The translations under genes and the position numbers were made by a program. From an uncultured Alphaproteobacteria bacterium (GTDB taxonomy: Bacteria; Pseudomonadota; Alphaproteobacteria; Methylaequorales; Methylaequoraceae): a stretch of 64,000 nt of DNA. How positions within the stretch are numbered: position 1 is the stretch's first letter; each line of letters begins with the position of its first letter. Positions 11,261 through 21,323 of the stretch are shown here, piece after piece. The stretch covers positions 40,130 to 104,129 of the forward strand of contig CACEWP010000001.1 in NCBI GenBank assembly GCA_902563305.1, read 5' to 3'. The notes beneath the pieces are model-generated. The model was not told where the DNA came from. It did no database searches and saw nothing but the letters and a program-made list of their open reading frames with translations.

Positions 11261-11923
11261 ATGACAAAAAGTCCAGAGATAATAGTTATATTTAAAAACA
11301 ATTTACTTTTTCTAGAAATTAAAAAATTTCTAGCTAATGGGGGTTACAGAATCTGCAGAGAAAAAGACTTTAACTTTTTTAAAAAAGAAAATTGGAAAGA
11401 ATCTATTTTAATTATTCAAATTGATAACGAAAGAAATGTTGAGGCAGTTTCTTCATTTTTGGATAAAAAATTCAATAAAGTTTACATAATTTGCATTTTG
11501 AAGAGATCTCTTAGAATGCCATTAAATTACAAAAATTTGAAAACTTTAGTTCAACCTTTTACGTTCAATGAACTGCTGAACAATTTATCAATTCTTAAAA
11601 AGAATTTGTATAATTATAGGAATTCATTCAAATTAATTGATTTAGAGTATTTCCCAAATCATTCCAAATTTTTAGATAAAAGAAATAATAAAACAATTAA
11701 GTTGACTGATCTAGAAAATAAGTTGGTTTTATTTATTCTAAAAAATAACAATGGATGCAGCAAGTCAGAGATACTAAGAAATGTTTGGGAGCATAAAGCA
11801 AGACTTGATACCCATACCATGGAATCGTTAATTTATCGTTTGAGAAGAAAGATAGAGAATGATCCCAATAATCCAAAAATTTTAATAAAGATAAAAAATA
11901 AATATTTTTTAAAGACTATCTAA
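11261..11923 (+). CDS. OmpR-type winged-helix regulator with degenerate receiver domain
   Basis: C-terminal LTDLE...VW...THTMESLIYRLRRKIE Trans_reg_C motif. The N-terminal part lacks a clear receiver DD/D/K set, and KP is replaced by QP. Confidence 0.75.
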   Translation: MTKSPEIIVIFKNNLLFLEIKKFLANGGYRICREKDFNFFKKENWKESILIIQIDNERNVEAVSSFLDKKFNKVYIICILKRSLRMPLNYKNLKTLVQPFTFNELLNNLSILKKNLYNYRNSFKLIDLEYFPNHSKFLDKRNNKTIKLTDLENKLVLFILKNNNGCSKSEILRNVWEHKARLDTHTMESLIYRLRRKIENDPNNPKILIKIKNKYFLKTI

Positions 11924-12519
11924 TTAATTCTAAAAGGTATTTTTCTAGGATCTTCAGATTCAATATCGAATAATTTTGGTGAAAGTTTACGATCTAAAGA
12001 AAGACTGTCAAAAAAAACTTCAGTTTTAGTTTTATCAGTTTTAAAAATAGTCCATTTTTTCATTGAAAAAGGGTTGGTTTCAAAAATTATTTTTATAAAA
12101 CCTTTGTCCTCAAATTTTGAATTTATAACATCAATCGATAAGGTGTTTTCACTTTCAACTAAATTGAAGATCTTGATCTCGTTCATACTAAGTTTTTTAA
12201 ATAACAGAACATTAACCGGTATTTGATCAAAACTATGAAAGCTGATGCTCTTGAGTTCTTTATTAATTAAAGCCAAACGTTTTGAATCAGACATTAAAAT
12301 TAAAGGAGTTTGATTGTATTCAATTCTGAATTTTCCAGGGCGAGAGACAAATAATTTGCCAGACAATACATCCCCATTATTATTTATTTGAACAAAGTTT
12401 GAGCTTAGAGAAAAGAAGTTTTCAAGATAATCAATAATTCTTTCTCTATTAACATTGCTCATAGCATCATTGTGAATAAAGATATATATTAGAGTAAGAA
12501 ATAATATTTTTATAAACAT
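11920..12519 (-). CDS. lolA: Outer-membrane lipoprotein carrier LolA
   Basis: Signal peptide; FVQ...G...RPGKFRIEY motif. Confidence 0.85.
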   Translation of the reverse strand: MFIKILFLTLIYIFIHNDAMSNVNRERIIDYLENFFSLSSNFVQINNNGDVLSGKLFVSRPGKFRIEYNQTPLILMSDSKRLALINKELKSISFHSFDQIPVNVLLFKKLSMNEIKIFNLVESENTLSIDVINSKFEDKGFIKIIFETNPFSMKKWTIFKTDKTKTEVFFDSLSLDRKLSPKLFDIESEDPRKIPFRIN

Positions 12520-14404
12520 GAAAGCATCATATACGAACTTATCAAATCTGTATAATTCCAGATTAATTTTATTTTTGATTTTTTTCCTATTAAGTGGATG
12601 CCAATTAAATCAATCAGTAAATCTTATAAAAGAAAAACTTTTTTCCGAAACAGATGAGCTTGCCTCTGAAGAGGTTTCTCAAACAAATGGAGAAGAAGAT
12701 ATTAAAAATGAAATAAAAGATGAAGAAAATGACGAGATCTCAAAAGAGATAAAAGAATCAGAGACAGAAATGTCAGAGGTTAAAACAGAGGACGAATCAA
12801 AAGAATCTGATTCCCAGGATATAAAGATTTTAAATAAAATTAATAAAAAATCAGAGAATCAGATTTTAGCTTTTAAAGAAATGGGAAAGGCTAGGGATAA
12901 TGAAAGCAAGATTATTTCATTTTTTACTAAAATTTTTGATGATGATGAAGATCTAACCTCTGCTGAACCAGAAAAGTCTTTATTAACTAAAGAGAGTGAC
13001 ATTAAAGAAAGCAAAGTTGAGGAAGTTGGAGTTAATGAATCGAAAGAAAAAGCTGAGGTATCTAATGAAACTGTAAAAGAAGAGATCTATGAAGAGAGAA
13101 TATCCGAAACATCGAGGCAAGATTCAATTGAAGAATCATTTAATCAAACTTCAATGATTGATAAGGATGAAATTGACTTAGAGGAAGATTTGCGACCAGA
13201 GGATAGCAATGGGAATCAGGAAAGTTTTGCCTTTTTAAATCTTAAACCTACAGATCGAGACAAAAAAGTCCTAAAAAAATTAGAGGTTCAGGATAATTTG
13301 GTCGGTTTACTTCTACCTCTAACTGGACAAAAAAGTTCAGCAGGCAATTTGGTTATTAATTCTCTTAGATACAGTATGCTATTAAAACCCTATCAACTTG
13401 ATTTCAAAATCTTTGATACGAAAGGTACACCGGAGGGCTCAATATTAGCTGCAAAACAGGGTATAAAAAATAATGTAAAAACTTTTATTGGACCAATCTT
13501 TTCTGATGAAACGAGAGAAGTAAGAGATTTTTTTAAGAATAAAAATAACCTAACATTTTTCAGTCTTTCTCCAGATTTGAGCAATGTCTCAGAAAACGTT
13601 ATTGTTTCTGGACAAAACCCCGATGATCAAATTGCGTGTATTACAAAACATATAGTAGAGAGTAAAAAATCTGGTAAAACATTATTAATCTATCACGAAG
13701 ATAAATATGGGGAAGTAATTAAAAACAGCTTTACAAAATATATTAATAATTATGGGATTACTCAATTCATGTCTTCAGAATTTTTCGAGATAAATAAGAA
13801 TATCAATTTAAACGAGGAAATTAGAAAACTTAGTAGATTTGAAGAAAGAAAACTAAGATTAAGCAGTGAAATTAAAAAAATAACAAATGATAATAGCCTA
13901 GATAGTGATTATAGAAAAAGACAAATAAAATCTTTAGAAAGAAAACTTACAATTGACTCACCCTTTGATTCAATCATTATTGCATCTGAAGGCGATAAAT
14001 TACTTGAGATCCTTTCACACCTAGCTTTTTACGATATAAACTCTGAAAACACAAATATATATGGAACTGGATTATGGGAAGACACAGAAAGAAAAGACAA
14101 CGTTTTTAGAGGTGCTTTTTATGCATCAAGTCTGAAAGAAAAAAAAATTGAATTTATCAAAGACTTTAGGAATGTCTTTTCAAGAGATCCCATGTCCTTC
14201 AATTTTCATATGCACGATCTTCTAGAATTAGTACAAAATTACAAAAATATGGATAAAAAAGAAAAAGAAAACAGAGTTTTCCTTGGTGAATTTAGTAACA
14301 GCAGGATAAATTCTGGATTGTTACAAAGAGAGATTTTTATAAAGAGAATTAAAAACAGTCTCGATACAACCGAAGTTTTCAATTGCCAGTTAAATGTTCT
14401 GTAA
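12518..14404 (+). CDS. Penicillin-binding protein activator (LpoA-like) lipoprotein with acidic N-terminal extension
   Basis: Lipobox LSGC. VGLLLPLTG, DTKGTPEG and IGPIFS motifs of the LpoA C-terminal periplasmic-binding fold. About 200 aa Glu/Asp/Lys-rich segment. Confidence 0.75.
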   Translation: MKASYTNLSNLYNSRLILFLIFFLLSGCQLNQSVNLIKEKLFSETDELASEEVSQTNGEEDIKNEIKDEENDEISKEIKESETEMSEVKTEDESKESDSQDIKILNKINKKSENQILAFKEMGKARDNESKIISFFTKIFDDDEDLTSAEPEKSLLTKESDIKESKVEEVGVNESKEKAEVSNETVKEEIYEERISETSRQDSIEESFNQTSMIDKDEIDLEEDLRPEDSNGNQESFAFLNLKPTDRDKKVLKKLEVQDNLVGLLLPLTGQKSSAGNLVINSLRYSMLLKPYQLDFKIFDTKGTPEGSILAAKQGIKNNVKTFIGPIFSDETREVRDFFKNKNNLTFFSLSPDLSNVSENVIVSGQNPDDQIACITKHIVESKKSGKTLLIYHEDKYGEVIKNSFTKYINNYGITQFMSSEFFEINKNINLNEEIRKLSRFEERKLRLSSEIKKITNDNSLDSDYRKRQIKSLERKLTIDSPFDSIIIASEGDKLLEILSHLAFYDINSENTNIYGTGLWEDTERKDNVFRGAFYASSLKEKKIEFIKDFRNVFSRDPMSFNFHMHDLLELVQNYKNMDKKEKENRVFLGEFSNSRINSGLLQREIFIKRIKNSLDTTEVFNCQLNVL

Positions 14405-14993
14405 TTAACTTTTGCAAAGCAACACTTCTGTGATCAATTAAGATTTTTCTACAATGTACCATTTCAGCGAATGTTTTTTGTGAACCATCTGGGACAAAGA
14501 ATGGGTCGTACCCAAAACCATTATCTCCTTTTGGGGGCCAGACCAAACGACCTTTAACCTCACCTTCATATGAATATATAGATTTATTTTTGAACTTTAT
14601 CGATAAACTACATAAAAATCTGGCTGAGGAATTGAAAGGTTTTTTTCTTTTAACCTCGTCAAATATTTTTTTCATTGCATTAAACCATCCACCACATTCC
14701 TTTTGGAACCTTGAAGAATAAATGCCAGGTCTATCATCTAAATTTGAAACACATAGTCCCGAATCATCAGATATTCCTATAAAATCATCTGGGATACTTT
14801 TTACTTTAATTAATGCGTTCTCTTGAAATGTTCTTCCAGATTCTTCAATATCTTCGATTCCTAAATCGCTAGAAGTAATTATTTTTAGTTTATAAGCAGA
14901 AAGTAGTGTCTTAAATTCATTTATTTTCCCTTGATTGTGACTTGCAATTACAATGGTATCTCCTTTATGTATTTTTTCTTTATTTAATTGCAT
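14379..14993 (-). CDS. rdgB: dITP/XTP pyrophosphatase
   Basis: ASHNQGK, ENALIK, DDSGL, GFGYDPFF and HR motifs; start adjusted to ATG 14993. Confidence 0.93.
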   Translation of the reverse strand: MQLNKEKIHKGDTIVIASHNQGKINEFKTLLSAYKLKIITSSDLGIEDIEESGRTFQENALIKVKSIPDDFIGISDDSGLCVSNLDDRPGIYSSRFQKECGGWFNAMKKIFDEVKRKKPFNSSARFLCSLSIKFKNKSIYSYEGEVKGRLVWPPKGDNGFGYDPFFVPDGSQKTFAEMVHCRKILIDHRSVALQKLITEHLTGN

Positions 14994-15693
14994 TTTTTTG
15001 AATATCAAAAATTTGATTTACTATTTTCTTTGTTATATCTACCATCTGAGTAACAGATTGGTAATTGAAAGTACTGTTTTCCCCGGATATTTGTATTTCT
15101 GAGAACCCTGATTTTTTCGTCATTATAAAATTTGCATCCACATCGGCCGATGAATCTTCATCATAGTCTAGATCTACTAAAACTTTCCCATTTACTATTC
15201 CACATGAGATTGCTGCAACATAGTCTTTGACAGGATTACTTTTTATAAAATCTTTTTTAATAAATTTTTTTAAGGCTAAATTCAATGCTACAAATGATCC
15301 AGAAATACTTGCGGTTCTTGTGCCTCCATCAGCTTGAATGACATCGCAATCTAGGATTACCTGAAAACCATTTAGTTTTTCAAGTTCCACTACTGATCTC
15401 AAAGACCTTCCTATAAGCCTTTGAATCTCAATTGTTCTTCCTGACTGTTTTCCAACTCTTGATTCTCTTTTATTTCTTGTATTTGTAGAGCCTGGCAGCA
15501 TACCGTATTCTGCTGTTATCCAGCCTGTCTTCTTTTCTTTTAACCACCTTGGAAGATCGTCATCTACAGTTGCTGTACATATTACCTTTGTCATTCCATA
15601 ACTTATTAGGCACGATCCATCTGCGCTTTTACAAAAGTTTGGTTCAATTATGACCTTTCTAGATTCATCATTTTTCCTATTGAATTTTCTCAC
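14980..15693 (-). CDS. rph: Ribonuclease PH
   Basis: WITAEYGMLP, EIQRLIGRSLR and QADGGTR motifs; GTG start. Confidence 0.97.
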   Translation of the reverse strand: MRKFNRKNDESRKVIIEPNFCKSADGSCLISYGMTKVICTATVDDDLPRWLKEKKTGWITAEYGMLPGSTNTRNKRESRVGKQSGRTIEIQRLIGRSLRSVVELEKLNGFQVILDCDVIQADGGTRTASISGSFVALNLALKKFIKKDFIKSNPVKDYVAAISCGIVNGKVLVDLDYDEDSSADVDANFIMTKKSGFSEIQISGENSTFNYQSVTQMVDITKKIVNQIFDIQKNAIK

Positions 15694-15734
15694 ACCAAAA
15701 TATAACTTAGTTAAGTTATGTATTATTAATTTGT

Positions 15735-16835
15735 ATGGAAAAAAAAAACAATCCTAAAATTGTAAAAGATAATCTAAATGGACCTCAAAAATCTTTTATC
15801 CTTGATTTAGATCAAAGATCTAAGCAGATATTCAGATTAATAGTCAACGATTTTCTCAAGGATGGGAAACCCGTGGGATCTAGGAAGTTATCAATAAAAA
15901 TGGGCCAAAAACTCTCTGCCGCATCTGTTAGAAATGTAATGTTTGATTTGCAAGAGGCAGGGTTATTGAGATCAAACCACACCTCTTCAGGAAGAGTCCC
16001 AACCGACCTTGGTCTGAGATTTTTTGTAGATGGCCTTCTGCAAGTCGGAAGAATAACCAATAATCAGTGTTCAGAAATTGAAAAAGTAATTAATGGACAG
16101 TCACAGAATGTTGAAGAGATGTTTAGTGAGACTAGTTCAATGTTATCGGGCCTACTTGATTGCGCTGGAATAGTCCTAGCTCCTAAACTAGAAGGATTAA
16201 TTAAGCATATAGAGTTTGTACCTGTTAGTAATGAAAAGGCTTTAGTAATTCTTGTAACAGATTCTGGAATAATTGAGAATAGAATTATTGAGGTTCCTAA
16301 AGGTCTTCCTGCATCTTTACTAGTTGAAACAACTAACTATTTGAATTCAATCATTAAAGGAAGAACACTAAAAGAAAGTAAAAAAATAATAAGTACCCAA
16401 ATTAAGGATGATAAAAGGAACATCGATAAAGTTACAAAAAATTTAATCGAACAAGGTTTTGCTTGTTGGGATGATGCGAGTAAGAAAAATAAATTAATAG
16501 TGACTGGAACATCAAAACTTTTAGATGATGTCAAAGCAATGGAGCAGTTAGAAGATGTAAGGTTGCTGATAGAAAAATTAGAAAATAAAAAAAACTTAGT
16601 TGGAGTAATTGATGAAACACTCCAAGCTGAAGGTTTGCAAATTTTTATAGGATCTGAGAATAACCTTTTTGGATTAACAGGTTGTTCTACAATAATAAGC
16701 CCATTCAAAAATAAAAAGAAAGAGATAATTGGAGCAATTGGAGTTATCGGACCAATGAGAATAAATTATGCCAAAATTATTCCTGTTATTGACTACACAG
16801 CAAAGTTAATAGGCGAAAAGTTTGAAATCAAATAA
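15735..16835 (+). CDS. hrcA: Heat-inducible transcription repressor HrcA
   Basis: PVGS, SAASVRNVM, HTSSGRVPT and GVIGPMRINY motifs. Confidence 0.96.
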   Translation: MEKKNNPKIVKDNLNGPQKSFILDLDQRSKQIFRLIVNDFLKDGKPVGSRKLSIKMGQKLSAASVRNVMFDLQEAGLLRSNHTSSGRVPTDLGLRFFVDGLLQVGRITNNQCSEIEKVINGQSQNVEEMFSETSSMLSGLLDCAGIVLAPKLEGLIKHIEFVPVSNEKALVILVTDSGIIENRIIEVPKGLPASLLVETTNYLNSIIKGRTLKESKKIISTQIKDDKRNIDKVTKNLIEQGFACWDDASKKNKLIVTGTSKLLDDVKAMEQLEDVRLLIEKLENKKNLVGVIDETLQAEGLQIFIGSENNLFGLTGCSTIISPFKNKKKEIIGAIGVIGPMRINYAKIIPVIDYTAKLIGEKFEIK

Positions 16836-16854
16836 ATTTAGAAAAGGAGAATAA

Positions 16855-17466
16855 ATGAACAAACCTACTGATAAGAGCAAAAATGATTCAAAAGTTCCTA
16901 AATCTGAAGTGAAGGGCCAAGCTAAAAAGAACACAAAATTAGAAAAGGAAAATTTAAGCACTTCTGATTTAAAGGATAAAATAATTGGAGATTTAAAAGT
17001 TAAATTAAAAGATACGGAAGATAAATTGCTTAGAGAGTTAGCAGAAAACGATAACTTGAGAAAAAGACATGAAAAAGAAGTACAGGATAGTCTTAAATAT
17101 GCAATTAGAAATTTCTCTTCAGATCTTTTGAGTGTAACTGATAATTTTCAAAGAGCATTGGATTCAATATCAGGTGAAGATTTTGGTCAAAGTCCAAAAT
17201 TAAAAAATCTAAAAATTGGACTCGAAGCTGTGGAGAAAGAGATTTATGAGATTTTTGAAAAGAATGGAGTAAAGAAGTTTGATTCCTTAGAGAAAAAGTT
17301 TGACCCTGAGATTCATCAGGCTGTCTCAAAGATTTCAAGCGATCACCCTGAGGGTGTTATTGTTGAGGAATTTGCAAAAGGTTTTATGATTGGGGAGCGA
17401 CTTTTAAGGCCAGCGATGGTTGTGGTTTCTTCTGGAAAACAGAAAGAAGACAATAAAGGTTCATAA
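16855..17466 (+). CDS. grpE: Nucleotide exchange factor GrpE
   Basis: AENDNLRKR, FDPEIHQA and RLLRPAMVVV motifs; RBS AAAGGAG. Confidence 0.96.
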   Translation: MNKPTDKSKNDSKVPKSEVKGQAKKNTKLEKENLSTSDLKDKIIGDLKVKLKDTEDKLLRELAENDNLRKRHEKEVQDSLKYAIRNFSSDLLSVTDNFQRALDSISGEDFGQSPKLKNLKIGLEAVEKEIYEIFEKNGVKKFDSLEKKFDPEIHQAVSKISSDHPEGVIVEEFAKGFMIGERLLRPAMVVVSSGKQKEDNKGS

Positions 17467-18069
17467 TTCATATTTTCTCAAGGTTATATTTATTCTACAA
17501 TCATCCGGAAAACAATTATATTTAAGTTTATTAAATATATTTTTATCAGTTTTAATTATTTTGGGTACTCCATGATAGTAGAGTCGTGAGTCTCCTTTTA
17601 ATATTGCGATTGAACCTGATTTTAGATTTATTTTATTTAACTTATTCTTATTTTTACCAAATTTAAATATACAATCACTTCCTAGGGAAATTGATAATAT
17701 TGGGTGTTGAAAATTTTTTTCATCCTTATCTTGATGCACTCCTAAACTGGAGTCAGGGTAGTTGTAGAGATTTATAAGGCAAGAATCAGGTAAAGATTTA
17801 GAGTCGGTAAATTTTTTCCAAATACTTAGTAAATTATGAGGTATTTTAGCCCAACTCATTTTAGTTACTGGATGTTTTCTTATATATTTGTATCCTGTTA
17901 CATCAGAAGTCCATCCCCATTTGCCAGCGTTGGTTGTTTTTATTTTAAACGGTTTGTTAAATCTTGGTGTAGTTGGAGAAAAAAATGGATATTCTAAAAT
18001 TATTACACGAAGACTTTTAATTAATTCTACTTGCTCTGAATAGTTAAGCGTATTTAAAAAAAAAATCAT
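17461..18069 (-). CDS. alkB: AlkB family 2OG-Fe(II) dioxygenase
   Basis: CLINLY, HQDKDE (HxD), YHGV and RINITLR motifs. Confidence 0.9.
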   Translation of the reverse strand: MIFFLNTLNYSEQVELIKSLRVIILEYPFFSPTTPRFNKPFKIKTTNAGKWGWTSDVTGYKYIRKHPVTKMSWAKIPHNLLSIWKKFTDSKSLPDSCLINLYNYPDSSLGVHQDKDEKNFQHPILSISLGSDCIFKFGKNKNKLNKINLKSGSIAILKGDSRLYYHGVPKIIKTDKNIFNKLKYNCFPDDCRINITLRKYEL

Positions 18070-18197
18070 TTTTTTCTTGATTTAAAGTACTTTTTTATAA
18101 TATAAGAGAGTAGCTTTATAAACAATTGATTAAATGATGCCTATATGGGTCATTTAACAATTCTGTCCATTAATTTTAGGAAGAAAAGGAGCGTAAA

Positions 18198-20180
18198 ATG
18201 ACAGTAATAGGCATAGACCTCGGTACTACAAATTCATGTGTTGCCATCATGGATGGCAAAGAACCCAAAGTAATAGAAAATGTTGAAGGAGCTAGAACCA
18301 CTCCATCTATGGTTGCTTTTGCAGAAAACAACGAACAATTAGTTGGCCAGTCTGCCAAGAGGCAGGCAGTCACAAATCCAGAGAAAACTTTATTTGCAAT
18401 AAAAAGGTTAGTTGGAAGAAGAATGGATGATCCTTCCGTAAAAAAAGATATTGACATTTTGCCCTACAAAATTGTGTCTGGTGACAATGAGGATGCGTGG
18501 GTTTTGATTGATGACAAAAAATACTCACCTAGTCAAATCAGTGCAATGATTTTGCAGAAAATGAAAGAGACTGCTGAAAAGTTTCTTGGAAAACCTGTAA
18601 AAGAAGCTGTAATAACCGTCCCAGCCTATTTTAATGATGCACAAAGACAAGCAACAAAAGACGCTGGTAAAATTGCAGGGTTAGACGTTAAAAGGATAAT
18701 TAATGAGCCTACTGCGGCAGCACTTGCTTATGGTTTAGATAAAAAGAAAACTGGGACAGTAGCTGTTTATGATTTAGGTGGAGGAACATTTGATATTTCG
18801 ATTTTAGAAATAGGTGATGGTGTATTTGAAGTAAAGGCTACCAATGGAGATACTAAACTTGGTGGAGAAGACTTTGATAATGTACTGATTGATTATTTTG
18901 CTTCAGAATTTAAGAAGGAACAATCAATTGATCTTAAAAATGACAAATTAGCACTACAAAGACTTAAAGAGGCTGCAGAAAAAGCAAAGATTGAACTTTC
19001 AACCACACCACAAACAGAAGTTAATCTTCCATTTATAACTGCTGATGCATCTGGCCCAAAGCATTTAAATATTAAACTTTCGAGATCAAAGTTTGAAACA
19101 TTGGTTTCAGATTTAATTGATCAGTCAATTGTGCCATGTAAACAAGCACTCAAGGATGCAGGTCTAAGCGCAGGAGAAATTAATGATGTAATTTTAGTTG
19201 GTGGTATGACTAGAATGCCTAAAGTTATTGAAGCAGTAAAAAACTTTTTTGGTAAAGAACCTAATAGAAGTGTGAACCCGGATGAAGTTGTTGCGTTAGG
19301 AGCGGCCGTTCAAGGAGGGGTGTTATCCGGTGATGTAAAAGATGTGTTGTTATTAGATGTTACCCCTCTATCCTTAGGAATTGAAACACTTGGCGGTGTA
19401 TTTACAAAACTAATAGACAAAAACACCACCATCCCAACCAATAAAAGCCAAGTTTTTTCAACAGCTGATGATAACCAATCTGCTGTTACGATTAGAGTTT
19501 TTCAAGGTGAGAGGCAGATAGCTTCTGACAATAAACTTCTTGGTCAGTTTGATTTAGTTGGCATCCCACCTGCGCCAAAAGGAACACCACAAATTGAAGT
19601 TACTTTTGATATCGATGCAAATGGAATTGTAAAAGTTTCTGCCAAGGACAAAGCTACTGGCAAAGAACACCAGATTCAAATAAAAGCTTCTGGTGGTCTG
19701 TCAGACGAAGAAATTGAGAAAATGGTAAAGGACGCTGAAGCTAATGCAGATGCTGATAAAAAGAAGATCGAAGCAATTGAAGCTAGAAATAGCGCTGACT
19801 CAATAATAAATAGTACCGAAAAGAGTCTCAAAGAGCATGGCTCAAAGATTCCAAAAGAGGACAAGGATAAGATTGAGAAATCTTTAAATAATCTTAAAGA
19901 AATATTTAAAGATGAAAAAGCCGATACAAAAATTTTGAAGGAAAAGACAGATACTTTAATTCAAGATTCGATGAAACTAGGTGAAATTATGTACAAAGAG
20001 GCTCAGGAGAAAGCTGCTAAAGAAGCTCCGAAGGAAGGCTCGAAAGACTCAGGATCAACCAAAGGAAAAGAGAAAAAGAAGCAAAATAAAAAAGATGCTG
20101 AGGTTATGGACGCCGATTTTGAAGATGTAACTGAAAAAAAAGACAAAGATGACAATGATAAGAAAGAGAAATCTGCTTAA
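18198..20180 (+). CDS. dnaK: Chaperone DnaK
   Basis: [15 protein letters not shown] and DLGGGTFD motifs; RBS AAAGGAG. Confidence 0.99.
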   Translation: MTVIGIDLGTTNSCVAIMDGKEPKVIENVEGARTTPSMVAFAENNEQLVGQSAKRQAVTNPEKTLFAIKRLVGRRMDDPSVKKDIDILPYKIVSGDNEDAWVLIDDKKYSPSQISAMILQKMKETAEKFLGKPVKEAVITVPAYFNDAQRQATKDAGKIAGLDVKRIINEPTAAALAYGLDKKKTGTVAVYDLGGGTFDISILEIGDGVFEVKATNGDTKLGGEDFDNVLIDYFASEFKKEQSIDLKNDKLALQRLKEAAEKAKIELSTTPQTEVNLPFITADASGPKHLNIKLSRSKFETLVSDLIDQSIVPCKQALKDAGLSAGEINDVILVGGMTRMPKVIEAVKNFFGKEPNRSVNPDEVVALGAAVQGGVLSGDVKDVLLLDVTPLSLGIETLGGVFTKLIDKNTTIPTNKSQVFSTADDNQSAVTIRVFQGERQIASDNKLLGQFDLVGIPPAPKGTPQIEVTFDIDANGIVKVSAKDKATGKEHQIQIKASGGLSDEEIEKMVKDAEANADADKKKIEAIEARNSADSIINSTEKSLKEHGSKIPKEDKDKIEKSLNNLKEIFKDEKADTKILKEKTDTLIQDSMKLGEIMYKEAQEKAAKEAPKEGSKDSGSTKGKEKKKQNKKDAEVMDADFEDVTEKKDKDDNDKKEKSA

Positions 20181-20192
20181 CTTTAGATTAAT

Positions 20193-21314
20193 ATGTCAAA
20201 AAGCGATTACTATGACGTTCTAGGGGTTTCTAAAAATTCTGATTCTGGAACCATTAAAAGTTCTTACAGGAAGCTTGCGATGAAATTTCACCCTGATAAA
20301 AACCCAGGGGACAAAGAAGCAGAAAAGAAATTTAAAGAGATTTCCGAAGCTTATGAAGTCCTGTCTAACCCTGAAAAAAAAGAAGCGTACGACACATATG
20401 GCCATGACGCGTTTTCTCAAAGTGGTGCTGGATTCTCAGAAGGATTTGGAGGAGGTTTTGGAAATTTTTCAGATATATTTGAAGATTTCTTTGGAGATTT
20501 TGGGGGCAAATCTTCGAGGAAAAGGGAACAAAGAGGTCAAGATTTAAAATATGAAGTTGAAATAGATTTACGTGAGGCATACACAGGACTCAAAAAAGAA
20601 ATATCCTTCGACACCTTGATAAGATGTGATGATTGTAATGGCTCCGGTTCAGAAAAAGGTAGCGGACTGCGAGATTGCGACGTCTGTGGTGGCTCTGGAC
20701 GCACCAGAGCCTCTCAAGGATTCTTCACGGTAGAAAGAACATGTTCTTCTTGTGGAGGAGCAGGTCAAATTATTACAGATCCTTGCACCTCTTGTAATGG
20801 TGAGGGTAGAAGAAGAAGAAATAGAAAATTAGAGGTAAATATCCCTGCTGGAGTAGAGGATGGTAGTAGGATAAGACTTTCAGGTGAAGGTGCAGTTGGA
20901 CAGAACGGTTCAACTCCTGGGGATTTATATTTATTTGTAAATATGCCAGAACACCCTATTTTCGGAAGAAATGGGACAGAGATTTTTTGTAATGTTCCTA
21001 TATCAATTGTAGACGCTTCATTAGGAGGTTCGGTAGATGTTCCAACTGTGTCTGGTGGTAAAGTGAAGGTTAAAATCCCAGCTGGATCTCAAAATGGGGA
21101 TCAGTTTCGACTTAATGGTAAAGGCATGCCTACAATAAGATCCACTTCATTTGGGGATATGATAATATCGTTAACAGTTGAAATACCTAAAAACTTGTCA
21201 GAGAACCAGAAAAGACTTTTAAAAGAATTTAATGAAGAGCTCACTCAAAATAATAGTCCAGAAAGATCAGGGTTTTTCTCAAAAGTAAAAGACTTTTGGG
21301 ATGGATTAACCTAA
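20193..21314 (+). CDS. dnaJ: Chaperone DnaJ
   Basis: HPD J-domain, G/F region and four CxxCxGxG repeats. Confidence 0.99.
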   Translation: MSKSDYYDVLGVSKNSDSGTIKSSYRKLAMKFHPDKNPGDKEAEKKFKEISEAYEVLSNPEKKEAYDTYGHDAFSQSGAGFSEGFGGGFGNFSDIFEDFFGDFGGKSSRKREQRGQDLKYEVEIDLREAYTGLKKEISFDTLIRCDDCNGSGSEKGSGLRDCDVCGGSGRTRASQGFFTVERTCSSCGGAGQIITDPCTSCNGEGRRRRNRKLEVNIPAGVEDGSRIRLSGEGAVGQNGSTPGDLYLFVNMPEHPIFGRNGTEIFCNVPISIVDASLGGSVDVPTVSGGKVKVKIPAGSQNGDQFRLNGKGMPTIRSTSFGDMIISLTVEIPKNLSENQKRLLKEFNEELTQNNSPERSGFFSKVKDFWDGLT

Positions 21315-21323
21315 AATTACAAT

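Noticed and set aside
17461-18069. alkB inserted in opposite orientation between grpE and dnaK
   Set aside because: alkB next to dnaK is a known arrangement in Alphaproteobacteria, not a novel insertion.
15694-18197. CIRCE element expected near hrcA/grpE/dnaK
   Set aside because: No TTAGCACTC-N9-GAGTGCTAA was found. This is unremarkable because alphaproteobacterial HrcA mainly controls groESL.
18176-20580. Antisense and alternative-frame ORFs over dnaK/dnaJ
   Set aside because: Typical shadow ORFs of conserved, codon-biased genes.
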